From an uncultured bacterium (GTDB taxonomy: Bacteria; Arandabacterota; Arandabacteria; Arandabacterales; Arandabacteraceae): 64,000 nt of DNA. The stretch lies in assembly GCA_964598025.1 (NCBI GenBank), contig CAZRAU010000002.1:17854-81853 (forward strand). The letters are read 5' to 3'. The position numbers and the translations under genes are program-made. Positions 55,984 through 64,000 of the stretch are shown here, piece by piece. A model generated the notes under the pieces. The model was not told where the DNA came from. It ran no database searches and worked only from the letters and a program-made list of their open reading frames with translations. Each line of letters begins with the position of its first letter. The first letter of the stretch is position 1.

Positions 55984-57530
55984 AGGTCGCCTCCCGCCGA
56001 ACCGGAGGCGACGGTTGCTGTGTCACCCGCGGGACATTCATCGGCCCTATCGATTCGGGGGGAAACACCGCACATCGGGGCTTTCACCCTCCCGTCTCCA
56101 ATCGCCAGATTCTGTACGATGAACCTGTGCTTCCCCCTCGTGGTTCTTGCAATGTCGTCAACGATCCGGATCTCCAGGTCTATGCCGGGCCCCATCTTGC
56201 CGAGCATGGCTTCCCTTATGCGCCGGATGCGGTCGGTCCCACAGGAGGGGCTCTTGATGATGTCCATACGCACCATCCCGGGGGTATCCTGGTGGAATTG
56301 GTAGGTCCGGACGTCGTCGAATGTGTTGGAATGAACATTGAGAGCCGAGTTCGGGATGAGTCTCCCGTCACGGGCGACAAGATATTCCTGGGTTCGGCCC
56401 GAGATCATCTTTACAAGCGGATAGTTGCGGCCGCACTTGGTGCAGCCGGAGGCGCCCACCACCCCCCGATCGCCGGTCCTGTATCTTATGAAGGGGGTGG
56501 CAAGATTGTGGAAACCGGTAAGGACTATCTCGCCTTCGCCACCTTGCTCGGTGACAGGCCTGCCGCTGTCGTCGAGAACCTCCAGTATGCCGGCCTGTGG
56601 GAAGAAGTGGTACTCATCGCTGTGCTCGCAGCCCGAAGCGAACCCGGCGTACTCGGCCATCCCATACCAGGATAGGATCCGGCACCGGAAGACATCGGCG
56701 ATGTAGCGACGCTGCGATTCATGCATGACCTCGGATGAGGTGATGACCGCCCGGACGGTCCCAATCGGCGTACCATAGATACGGCCCAGCTGTGCAAGCA
56801 GTGTGACAGTCGATGGAAAGCCGAGTACGAATTCGGGCCGGAAAGACTTCACGGCCTCTGCGGCGGCCCTGAAACCTCGGCGCCCTAGTGCGGAGATCGA
56901 CAGGAATAGGGTCTTGGACTCGGGCGCATACTGGAAAGGGTCGCCGTCGAAAGAGGCCGTGACATCCAACACGCGGGTGCCGGGCTTGTAGCCTGCGCGG
57001 CCCCACATCATGAGTCTGTAAGCAGTTGCCACCTCGTCGTTGTATGTCCGGACGTGATAGAATCCCGTCGGCTTCCCGGTTGTTCCCCCCGACATGACAT
57101 ACTGCAGGCGCTCCTCGGGGATATCGCCCGCGATGTATTCGGACGGCAGATGCCGGAGCGCATCCTTCGTCAAACAGGGTAATCGGCGGATCGAGTCGAC
57201 CGATTCTATGTCATTGGAGCCGATGCCAAGCAGGGTCAGAGCCGTCCTGTATGCCGGGACATTGACGCTTACATGGCGGATGAGCTCCACGAGCCGGGAA
57301 CGCTGATACTCGAGCATCTGCTCGCGGCTCCACATTTCCGACTCCTTCAGGAATGCATACGTGGTTCGCAGAGTCTCACCCGCCCGCCACCAGTAGGGCA
57401 GCCTCCTGTAGATCTGTCTCAGGGGTTGTTTCAGTCCCGGCGGGAGCAGCCGGCGCGCCGATCGTCCCAGCGCACATTTCAGGTGTGGTGCGATGGGACG
57501 TGCGACCGGACTTGAATTGCCGTTGCTCAT
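55980..57530 (-). CDS. CapK-like / coenzyme F390 synthetase family adenylate-forming enzyme (phenylacetate-CoA ligase superfamily); ATG 57530 preferred
   Basis: AMP-binding P-loop-like SGGTTGKPTGFYH. Family-typical length and order of motifs. ATGA overlaps on both sides. Confidence 0.7.
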   Translation of the reverse strand: MSNGNSSPVARPIAPHLKCALGRSARRLLPPGLKQPLRQIYRRLPYWWRAGETLRTTYAFLKESEMWSREQMLEYQRSRLVELIRHVSVNVPAYRTALTLLGIGSNDIESVDSIRRLPCLTKDALRHLPSEYIAGDIPEERLQYVMSGGTTGKPTGFYHVRTYNDEVATAYRLMMWGRAGYKPGTRVLDVTASFDGDPFQYAPESKTLFLSISALGRRGFRAAAEAVKSFRPEFVLGFPSTVTLLAQLGRIYGTPIGTVRAVITSSEVMHESQRRYIADVFRCRILSWYGMAEYAGFASGCEHSDEYHFFPQAGILEVLDDSGRPVTEQGGEGEIVLTGFHNLATPFIRYRTGDRGVVGASGCTKCGRNYPLVKMISGRTQEYLVARDGRLIPNSALNVHSNTFDDVRTYQFHQDTPGMVRMDIIKSPSCGTDRIRRIREAMLGKMGPGIDLEIRIVDDIARTTRGKHRFIVQNLAIGDGRVKAPMCGVSPRIDRADECPAGDTATVASGSAGGDL

Positions 57531-58357
57531 GGTTTCCGGTTCCGGTCCGACTTGGGGAACCCTACTGCGCAGATCGAGTAGTCGAACTCCCCGAGCAGCC
57601 TCAGACACGCCGCATACGTGATTCTGAGAAGTTTCTTCTTGATCGAACCGCAGCCCCAATTCATGTGCACATGACACATCCAGCAGCGGCCCCGGTACCC
57701 GGAACGGGCGAGCAAGCGCTCAAGGGCCTGACGTGTCCAGCGGGTCAGATGATGGGGTGGGTAGTCGAGGCGGCGGTTGAACTCCGGAACCTTCAAAGAT
57801 CTCTGTGGGGTTGGGACGCTCAGGCACAGAGTGGCTTCGGAAAACCGCCGCCTGATGCTCTTGACAAGGCCCGTGGGGTCGGGGAAGCGTACAAGGCTCT
57901 CCAGCATGACGACCGCCCTGGGCTCGGGCCAGTTTCCGGGATAAGCCTCCACCGATCCGGTGGCCACCGCAAATCCGTGGCTTCGAAGCGCCTCGACGTG
58001 TGCGGGCAGGGGATCCATTCCCATGGGACTCAGGCCGGTGGATTTCAAACCCATGAGAAAGCGCCCTGATTCAAAGCAGATCTCGAGCACCGGCGCGCGG
58101 GGGGGCAGATTGCGCCTGAGCCAGCGCAGGATGGCACGTTCGTTCGCGGTGAGCGACAGCCCCGCCCCGTTGCCCTCTCCGTGTGCCGGCATCGCCGGCG
58201 CTGCCTCGGAGAAATCCTGAAAGACCGGTTGGGTGGTGTCGAGCCTGCTGATGTGTTGGAGTCCGCATTCCGGACAGAGATGAAAAACCTCCGACCCGAG
58301 ATCCTCCACTATAGGCCTGTTGGATGTGGACCCGCAGGCAGGGCAGGAGCTCAGCAT
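57527..58357 (-). CDS. SAM-dependent methyltransferase with N-terminal zinc ribbon; ATG 58357 preferred
   Basis: CPACGS...CPECGL zinc ribbon. VLEICFESGRF. Class I methyltransferase-like core. Confidence 0.7.
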   Translation of the reverse strand: MLSSCPACGSTSNRPIVEDLGSEVFHLCPECGLQHISRLDTTQPVFQDFSEAAPAMPAHGEGNGAGLSLTANERAILRWLRRNLPPRAPVLEICFESGRFLMGLKSTGLSPMGMDPLPAHVEALRSHGFAVATGSVEAYPGNWPEPRAVVMLESLVRFPDPTGLVKSIRRRFSEATLCLSVPTPQRSLKVPEFNRRLDYPPHHLTRWTRQALERLLARSGYRGRCWMCHVHMNWGCGSIKKKLLRITYAACLRLLGEFDYSICAVGFPKSDRNRKP

Positions 58358-59718
58358 CGGGGTGCCTTGATCTGGGCGAACCGGCGGCCGTGCAGCCGCC
58401 GGTTCGCAGCCGGACGTCGGTGGGGTTGGGTATTCAAGTGCCGGACATGCCACGGCAGTCGAGGGCATACGAGTCCGAGCCTGTTATCTGATGTTGTGCC
58501 GTCGAGGTCGCCCGCGATTTCGACGTCGAAGGACACGACGCTATCCATGAAAAGTATCGATTCCACCTTCGGGATGTCGATCCCGAGCGAAATCGAGTAC
58601 CGGCCTCTGTTTAGAAAACCTCCGGGGATCGTGCATCTGCTCACATAGGCTCCGGGCGCGCAGTCTGCCTCGGCCCGGCACGCGCCGTCGCGGTCGGTGG
58701 AGCTGAGCACGATCGTGCCGTCGGAGGCCAGGAGTCGGTACCCGACGCGTAAGCCGGGTACGGGCCCGGCCAGCTCATACTCGATTTCGACAAAGCAATC
58801 ATGTCGCGTATCGATGGCGCCGCGCCCGGAACCCTCGCAGTCCTTGACGCGGACAGCGCGGAGGATGAAGCTGCCGTTTCCCGGGGCCTCGGCTGGGTCG
58901 GTCACGGCGTATTCGGCGCTCATGCCGCCTTTGGACGAGAGATACCTGGTGATCACCTCTCCGGTCTCGCCGGACATCTCGAGGCGGCCGTCGTCGAGCC
59001 ATATAGACCGAGTGCAGAGCTTGGCCACCGCACCCATGTTGTGGCTGACAAATACCACGGTTCGGCCTTCCCTGGCGACGTCGCCCATCTTCCCCAGGCA
59101 CTTCCTCTGGAACACGGCGTCACCGACTGCAAGCACCTCGTCCACAAGCAGGATCTCCGGCTCCAGGTGGGCGGCCACGGCGAATCCGAGCCTCACCCAC
59201 ATGCCGCTGGAGTATCGCTTAACCGGTGTGTCCACGAATCTCTCAATGCCGGCGAAGCCGACGATCCGGTCGAATTTGCTCCGCACGTCGTTGCGGCTCA
59301 TTCCAAGGATGGTGCCGCTGAGATATATGTTCTCCCGCCCGGTCAGCTCCGGATGAAAGCCCGTGCCGACTTCGAGGAGGCTGCCGACACGGCCCCTTAT
59401 GGTAGCCCTGCCTTCGGTCGGCTCCGTGATTCTGGAGAGCACCTTCAGCAACGTGCTCTTGCCGGCACCATTGCTCCCTATGAGTCCCAGGGTCTCGCCC
59501 TCTTCTACGCCGAATGAGACCTCCCGGAGCGCCCAGACGTCCACGGACGGGGGGACCCCGTCCACCCGCGCCGGTTTCCTCAGGAGCCGGAGGGGCGCCC
59601 TCATGGCCGTCGCGACCCTCTCGCGCAACGCCCCGTATTGGTACATTCCGCTTCCGACATACTGGCCGAGCCGGTAACGCTTGCCGATGTTTGCGGCTTC
59701 TATTGCCAATGGTTTCAT
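58351..59718 (-). CDS. wzt: ABC transporter ATP-binding protein of the Wzt/TagH type with C-terminal glycan-binding extension
   Basis: Walker A GSNGAGKST. ABC signature YSSGMWVRLGFAVA. Walker B ILLVDEVLAVGD. About 170 extra C-terminal residues as in O-antigen-binding Wzt proteins. Confidence 0.88.
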   Translation of the reverse strand: MKPLAIEAANIGKRYRLGQYVGSGMYQYGALRERVATAMRAPLRLLRKPARVDGVPPSVDVWALREVSFGVEEGETLGLIGSNGAGKSTLLKVLSRITEPTEGRATIRGRVGSLLEVGTGFHPELTGRENIYLSGTILGMSRNDVRSKFDRIVGFAGIERFVDTPVKRYSSGMWVRLGFAVAAHLEPEILLVDEVLAVGDAVFQRKCLGKMGDVAREGRTVVFVSHNMGAVAKLCTRSIWLDDGRLEMSGETGEVITRYLSSKGGMSAEYAVTDPAEAPGNGSFILRAVRVKDCEGSGRGAIDTRHDCFVEIEYELAGPVPGLRVGYRLLASDGTIVLSSTDRDGACRAEADCAPGAYVSRCTIPGGFLNRGRYSISLGIDIPKVESILFMDSVVSFDVEIAGDLDGTTSDNRLGLVCPRLPWHVRHLNTQPHRRPAANRRLHGRRFAQIKAPRC

Positions 59719-59816
59719 GATCCGTATTCCCGGTTACTGATTGTGGTGCTCAAGACCAGAGTCTCCTCACCGGTTGAGTCTCCGGATCGCCGGTGTCCGA
59801 ATAGATGGAGGAACCG

Positions 59817-60659
59817 TCAGTCTGAATACCCCAGTCGCTCCAGGAGATCACCGGTGATCTCCCTGAAGTAGGCGGTCACCGCCCGGTCGAAGTGGTTATG
59901 CCAATCACCTGCCGTGCCCATCCTGTAGTGGGACGCCGGGTCGGATTGACCGACGCTCCGCCCCCCCGAGTTGACCTCGAAGGTGTGTGCGCGGTACAAT
60001 ACGTCGAACTCGTCTGCGGGCATCCTCACATCCAGAAACTCGAGAATGCCGTGCAGGAATGCCGACTGATCTGCTGCCAGGTCCTCATATCGGAAGAGTT
60101 TCACGCGGGCTCCGGCCGCGTTCATCCATGACAACTGGGCATGGAAGAGCCCCCGGTCCCACAAGGTGTCAATGCCGTACCTGAGCCCCGCATGGAGATC
60201 AAGGCATGCAAGGTCTTTTCGGAACTTCGGGATCAGACCGGTCGGTCGATGAGAATACCTGGCCGAGAAATACCATGAAGTCACTATGTCACGAGGGTCC
60301 CTCAACACGAAGAATGCCTTGTAGGCGTTCGGTTTAGGGAGATTCACAAAGGTCGAGTAGTCTATGTACAGGTTCGTGCCTATGGTCTTCCCGGGGAGGG
60401 GTTCGTCTATCCGGGCATCCTGGACGCGCTCCGGATCCTGAGTGAAAGGCAATGGCCGAAGCCCCGAGTAACAATAGAACAGCGGATCTGAGAATACATC
60501 CTTCAGCATCCGGCTGGCCGTCCGCTGGGTACAACAGTGGTACGCGTTGTCATAGGAAACGTGGTGCACGACCCTGGGGGATCCGTATGTCTCCCTGATG
60601 CGACGTGGTACCAGGTCCGTGACACGCTTTTTCAGGCGCTCGAGGGTCAAAGGTCCCAC
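59817..60659 (-). CDS. sulfotransferase family protein
   Basis: PAPS-binding 3'-PB-like region KAFFVLRDPRDIVTSWYFS plus further sulfotransferase-family spacing. Sits between wzt and wzm. Confidence 0.7.
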   Translation of the reverse strand: MGPLTLERLKKRVTDLVPRRIRETYGSPRVVHHVSYDNAYHCCTQRTASRMLKDVFSDPLFYCYSGLRPLPFTQDPERVQDARIDEPLPGKTIGTNLYIDYSTFVNLPKPNAYKAFFVLRDPRDIVTSWYFSARYSHRPTGLIPKFRKDLACLDLHAGLRYGIDTLWDRGLFHAQLSWMNAAGARVKLFRYEDLAADQSAFLHGILEFLDVRMPADEFDVLYRAHTFEVNSGGRSVGQSDPASHYRMGTAGDWHNHFDRAVTAYFREITGDLLERLGYSD

Positions 60660-60839
60660 AGCGCCCCCCCGAAAACCGGGACTCCAGGCTGCCCAAGAAC
60701 ACCCATCTGCTTCATTATGCTCGACTCCCGGCCCTGCGGCGTACGCTGAAGTACGCCTCGCTCCCTGAGCCTTCGCAAGCCTCGCATCTGGCTGTTCTTG
60801 ACCAGCCTGATACAGCCCGCTTTTTCAACAGCCCCACTC

Positions 60840-61685
60840 CTACACTATGTCGGCGAACCATCGCTCCATCCTCCTGAAGTAAACCAGTCCACACGCGAAC
60901 AAGACGGCGGCGGCCAGAGTAGACACGCCCAGCTCGGTCCATCTGAAGGGAGTGCCCAGGATGGCGGAGCGGTAGCCGCCGACGATGCCGGCCATCGGGT
61001 TTACATGCGCCACCCACTTCCACGGACCGTTGAGAATTCCGACCGGATATATTACCGGAGTCAGAAACATCCAGATCTGTATAAGGAAGGGAAGCACGTA
61101 GCGGAAATCCCTGTATGCCACATTCAGCGCACTGATGAGCATTCCGACGCCGAGCGCGGCAATGACCACGGCCATCACCAGGGGCACCACCATCAGTACG
61201 TTCAGGGTCGGCACGATGCCGTAGAAGATCATCAAGACGATGAGGATCCCGAACGATACCGCGAAATCGACGAGGCAAGCCCCGACTGCGGCTATGGGGA
61301 TGATGATTCTTGAAAAGTAGACCTTTCTTATCAGGTTGGCACTCCCCACCACGCTTTCGCCGCTTCTGGTGACGGCGCCGGCGAAGAACTCCCATGGCAG
61401 GAGCCCCGCATAGACAAACACCGGGTACGGGAAACCCTCCGAGCCGATCTTCGCCAGGCGTCCGAAGACCAGGCTGAAAACCAGCATCTTGGTCGCAGGC
61501 TGAAGCACGGCCCACAAGAAGCCGATGGCGGTCTGTTTGTATCGCACCTTGACATCGCGCCACGTCAGGAAATAGAGCAGCTCGCGGTACTGCCAGATCT
61601 CGCGCAGCCGCAGCGAGAGCCAACCGCGCGACGGCTCGACCACAGTGACCGGAGTTGCCTCGCAGGCCTGGCCCACGTGATTCAT
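60840..61685 (-). CDS. wzm: ABC-2 type polysaccharide export permease
   Basis: LREIWQYRELLYFLTWRDVKVRYKQTAIGFLWAVLQP ABC-2 signature, six hydrophobic segments. ATG 61685 overlaps the asnB-like stop (ATGA). Confidence 0.88.
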   Translation of the reverse strand: MNHVGQACEATPVTVVEPSRGWLSLRLREIWQYRELLYFLTWRDVKVRYKQTAIGFLWAVLQPATKMLVFSLVFGRLAKIGSEGFPYPVFVYAGLLPWEFFAGAVTRSGESVVGSANLIRKVYFSRIIIPIAAVGACLVDFAVSFGILIVLMIFYGIVPTLNVLMVVPLVMAVVIAALGVGMLISALNVAYRDFRYVLPFLIQIWMFLTPVIYPVGILNGPWKWVAHVNPMAGIVGGYRSAILGTPFRWTELGVSTLAAAVLFACGLVYFRRMERWFADIV

Positions 61686-63559
61686 AGAGCGTCCTTCAGC
61701 CAGTGGTTCAGGACGACCAGACTCCAGACCCGTGACCAATGCACTCCGCCTTCTCCAAAACCGCGCAGGAGCGATCGAACATAAGGCTTGTTAAGATGCG
61801 GACTCTCGAGGATGGGCTCAGTGAACTCTCTCAGGCTCTTCCTGAGCCATGTATCGAACGGGAACACGAAGCCCTGCTTTCGCCGGTGGACTACCTCGCG
61901 CGGCAACCCGTTTTCCAGGGCCTTCGCCAGGAGGGGTTTCGGCCCCGCGCCGCCGACCTTATGACGGTCGGGGATGCGCGCAAGCAGTTCCACCAGGACA
62001 TGGTCGACGAAGGGCGACCGAACCTCCAGGGAGTGCGCCATACTGAAGGCGTCCGTGTCCCTCAGGAGCTGATTCGCCATATAGCGGGTGGTCTCCAGGA
62101 ACCCGACCTGGCCCTGTATGGTCTTGTGGGGCAGGCCTTCCGGAGCCGCGGTTCCAATATGTCCTGTCGCCTCGCGAGCAAAGGCCGGGTCCAGCAAACC
62201 TCTGATCTGGTCTACCGTGAATATCTGCCTGTAGGACCTGTAGATGTCCGGGACGGATCCGCCCCCGGAAAGGATGGAAGCCAGCTTGGCGGTTCGCGAC
62301 CGCCCGCGGGTATTGAGAAGTCTGCCGGCCAGGAGTCTGCCCATAGGTAGACACGAAACGGCGCGGTGCAATCTGTGGAGGTAGGGTATCCACCTGAACG
62401 ATGGATATCCCCAGAAGATCTCGTCGCCACCAAGGCCCGACAGCGCCACCTTCAGCCCCGCACGGGCTGCCGCGAGCGCAACGAAGTAGGTGTTGACACC
62501 GTCAACGGTCGGCTGGTCCGCGACATCGAGTATTCGCTCCATGTGATCCCGGAGATCGGCGCCGCTCACGGTGACCTCAACATGGTCTGTGGCGTAGGTG
62601 TCGGCGACTCGCCTGGCGAAGCCGCTCTCGTCATAGGCTGTGCCCGGGAAGCCGACGGATACGGTTCTTATAGGGTGGTGGTCCAACTGCCTCATGACAG
62701 CCACGATGGAACTCGAGTCGATGCCGCCGCTCAGGAAGACACCAATCGGGACATCGCTTATCAGGTGACATTTCACGGTGTCCAATAGACATGAATGAAC
62801 GCGGTCGATAGCCTCGGATTCAGTCATGTCCCAGAGAGAGTTCTCGCGACATGCCTTGCTCAGATCGTAGTAGCGGTGCTCCGCCGGACCACTCTGGTCC
62901 ACAACCAGGTAGTGGCCGGGTTTGAGGGCGGAGATCCCGCGGTAAACGGTGCCGGGAGGCGGCACATGGCCGAAGTGCAGGTAAGAGCCGACCGCCGGGG
63001 GGTCGATTTCCGGTTCGACCATCCCGGACGCAAGGATGGCCCGGATCTCCGATGCGAAGACGAAACCGGCGCTGGAATGAGCATAGTAGAGCGGTTTCTG
63101 GCCGAACCGGTCGCGGGCCAGCAAGAGACGCCGGCGCGGCGGTGCGGTGCCCCGGCAGTCATAGACAGCGAAACTGAACATGCCTCGAAGGCGGGTCAGC
63201 AAACCCTCGATGCCCCACTGCTCGTAACCATGGATAAGCACCTCGGTGTCCGTGTTGCTCTTGAAGACATGGCCGCATGCTTGAAGCTCGGGGCGGAGGT
63301 CGGGAAAGTTGTATATCTCACCGTTGTAGGTTGTCCAGATCCGCCCGGTCTCGTTGGGCATGGGCTGGTGGCCGGCGGCCGATGGATCTATGATTGACAG
63401 CCTCGTATGTCCCAGGCCGACGGGTCCGTGGCCGGATGTGAACACACCGGAATCATCGGGGCCGCGCCGGTCCATGACGGCCGTCATCCGCCCGAGCGCT
63501 GCCGTAATGGCCCCCGCGGCGACTTCGCCGTTCCGGTATATTCCGGCTACTCCACACAT
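61682..63559 (-). CDS. asparagine synthase (glutamine-hydrolysing) family amidotransferase
   Basis: N-terminal MCGVAGIY (Cys2 nucleophile). SGGIDSS PP-loop. ~625 aa. Confidence 0.88.
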   Translation of the reverse strand: MCGVAGIYRNGEVAAGAITAALGRMTAVMDRRGPDDSGVFTSGHGPVGLGHTRLSIIDPSAAGHQPMPNETGRIWTTYNGEIYNFPDLRPELQACGHVFKSNTDTEVLIHGYEQWGIEGLLTRLRGMFSFAVYDCRGTAPPRRRLLLARDRFGQKPLYYAHSSAGFVFASEIRAILASGMVEPEIDPPAVGSYLHFGHVPPPGTVYRGISALKPGHYLVVDQSGPAEHRYYDLSKACRENSLWDMTESEAIDRVHSCLLDTVKCHLISDVPIGVFLSGGIDSSSIVAVMRQLDHHPIRTVSVGFPGTAYDESGFARRVADTYATDHVEVTVSGADLRDHMERILDVADQPTVDGVNTYFVALAAARAGLKVALSGLGGDEIFWGYPSFRWIPYLHRLHRAVSCLPMGRLLAGRLLNTRGRSRTAKLASILSGGGSVPDIYRSYRQIFTVDQIRGLLDPAFAREATGHIGTAAPEGLPHKTIQGQVGFLETTRYMANQLLRDTDAFSMAHSLEVRSPFVDHVLVELLARIPDRHKVGGAGPKPLLAKALENGLPREVVHRRKQGFVFPFDTWLRKSLREFTEPILESPHLNKPYVRSLLRGFGEGGVHWSRVWSLVVLNHWLKDAL

Positions 63560-63664
63560 GTTCGCGTCTGTGGCATTTCCGTGGTGGTATTGTCCGGCAT
63601 GGCCGGCGGGACCGGGATGGCCGCGGGTTTCCGGCCCTGCCGGTGGCGGGTGAGGTCCCGGTTC

Positions 63665-64000
63665 CTAAAACCTGTCAACTTCCTCATCCGAGAGGTGCAC
63701 GGCTACGGAGCGGCCAAGCAGTTCCACCGATATCACCAGTTTCCGCTTGTTCGGCCGGGTCGCCAGTATATGGCCGATCGCGCCTTTGAGTGGGCCGGAG
63801 ACCACGATGACCTCATCGCCCTCCTCGAAATACGGATGCGGCTCGAGCACCCGGTCCGACGACAGCAGGATTATCAGGCTCTGCATCTCGCTTGGTGCGA
63901 CCTGCTCGGGGCCGTTCCCGTTGCCCAGAATTCTTGCGAGTCCGGGGGTTTCAAGCATCCGGGCGAAGCGCTGCGGGAACGGTTCGGTCTGGACGAAGAG
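63665..64000 (-). CDS. NusG-family transcription antiterminator paralog (RfaH/UpxY/LoaP-like); C-terminal KOW domain present, N-terminus beyond the window edge
   Basis: KOW signature FEEGDEVIVVSGPLKGAIGHILATRPNKRKLVISVELLGRSVAVHL. Reading frame stays open to nt 64000. Sits at the 5' end of the 32-kb minus-strand glycan operon. Confidence 0.7.
   Translation of the reverse strand, partial: LFVQTEPFPQRFARMLETPGLARILGNGNGPEQVAPSEMQSLIILLSSDRVLEPHPYFEEGDEVIVVSGPLKGAIGHILATRPNKRKLVISVELLGRSVAVHLSDEEVDRF

Noticed and set aside
1-64000. Mobile elements, rRNA/tRNA genes, CRISPR arrays
   Set aside because: No transposase, integrase, recombinase, inverted terminal repeats, rRNA-like or tRNA-like sequence, or spaced direct repeats were recognised anywhere in the window.

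Overview
High-GC (about 62-63%) bacterial chromosomal segment with two very different halves. Nothing was computed or searched; every homology call below rests on recognisable motifs in the supplied six-frame translations.

Nt 1-31,300 is a dense signalling island.
- Sensor kinases: at least nine histidine kinases, most of them PAS/GAF hybrid kinases with C-terminal receiver domains, plus a CHASE-type hybrid kinase with an HPt domain.
- Other signalling genes: single-domain and composite response regulators, a REC-GGDEF diguanylate cyclase, and a CheB-CheR fusion protein.
- Embedded Kai module: a three-gene module encodes a receiver protein with a KaiA-like C-terminus (KaiA3-like), then kaiB, then kaiC with both Walker A motifs and both EE catalytic pairs intact. 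This predicts a Kai timing/stress module outside cyanobacteria. A REC-PAS histidine kinase and a CheY-like receiver lie immediately downstream.
- Recurrent motif: the 10-mer GGAGGTCACC occurs 8 times, all in intergenic DNA of this island. Five copies are fused to start codons, two sit in gene-free islands and one is in inverted orientation.
- Recurrent module: an uncharacterised sensory module of about 115 aa appears in three proteins.
- Translationally coupled pair: a 2TM sensor-module protein is followed by a hybrid kinase-like protein whose phospho-accepting His appears replaced by Thr.

Nt 31,376-64,000 is a single-strand (minus) glycan biosynthesis operon of about 32 kb with about 25 genes.
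- Export: Wzm/Wzt ABC transporter; Wzt carries a C-terminal glycan-binding extension.
- Sugar precursors: GDP-mannose dehydratase and GDP-fucose synthase, a PglC-like initiating phosphoglycosyltransferase and three further epimerase/dehydratases.
- Assembly: many GT4 glycosyltransferases including a three-gene tandem array, one GT2, a GT9 heptosyltransferase-like gene and a WaaL/Wzy-like membrane protein.
- Decoration enzymes: carbamoyltransferase, pyruvyltransferase, sulfotransferase, two Zn-ribbon SAM methyltransferases, a CapK-like adenylating enzyme and asparagine synthase.
- Flanking genes: a geranylgeranyl-reductase-family flavoprotein sits at the operon tail and a NusG-paralog (KOW domain) gene at its head, truncated by the window edge.

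No rRNA, tRNA, CRISPR array or transposase/integrase was recognised.
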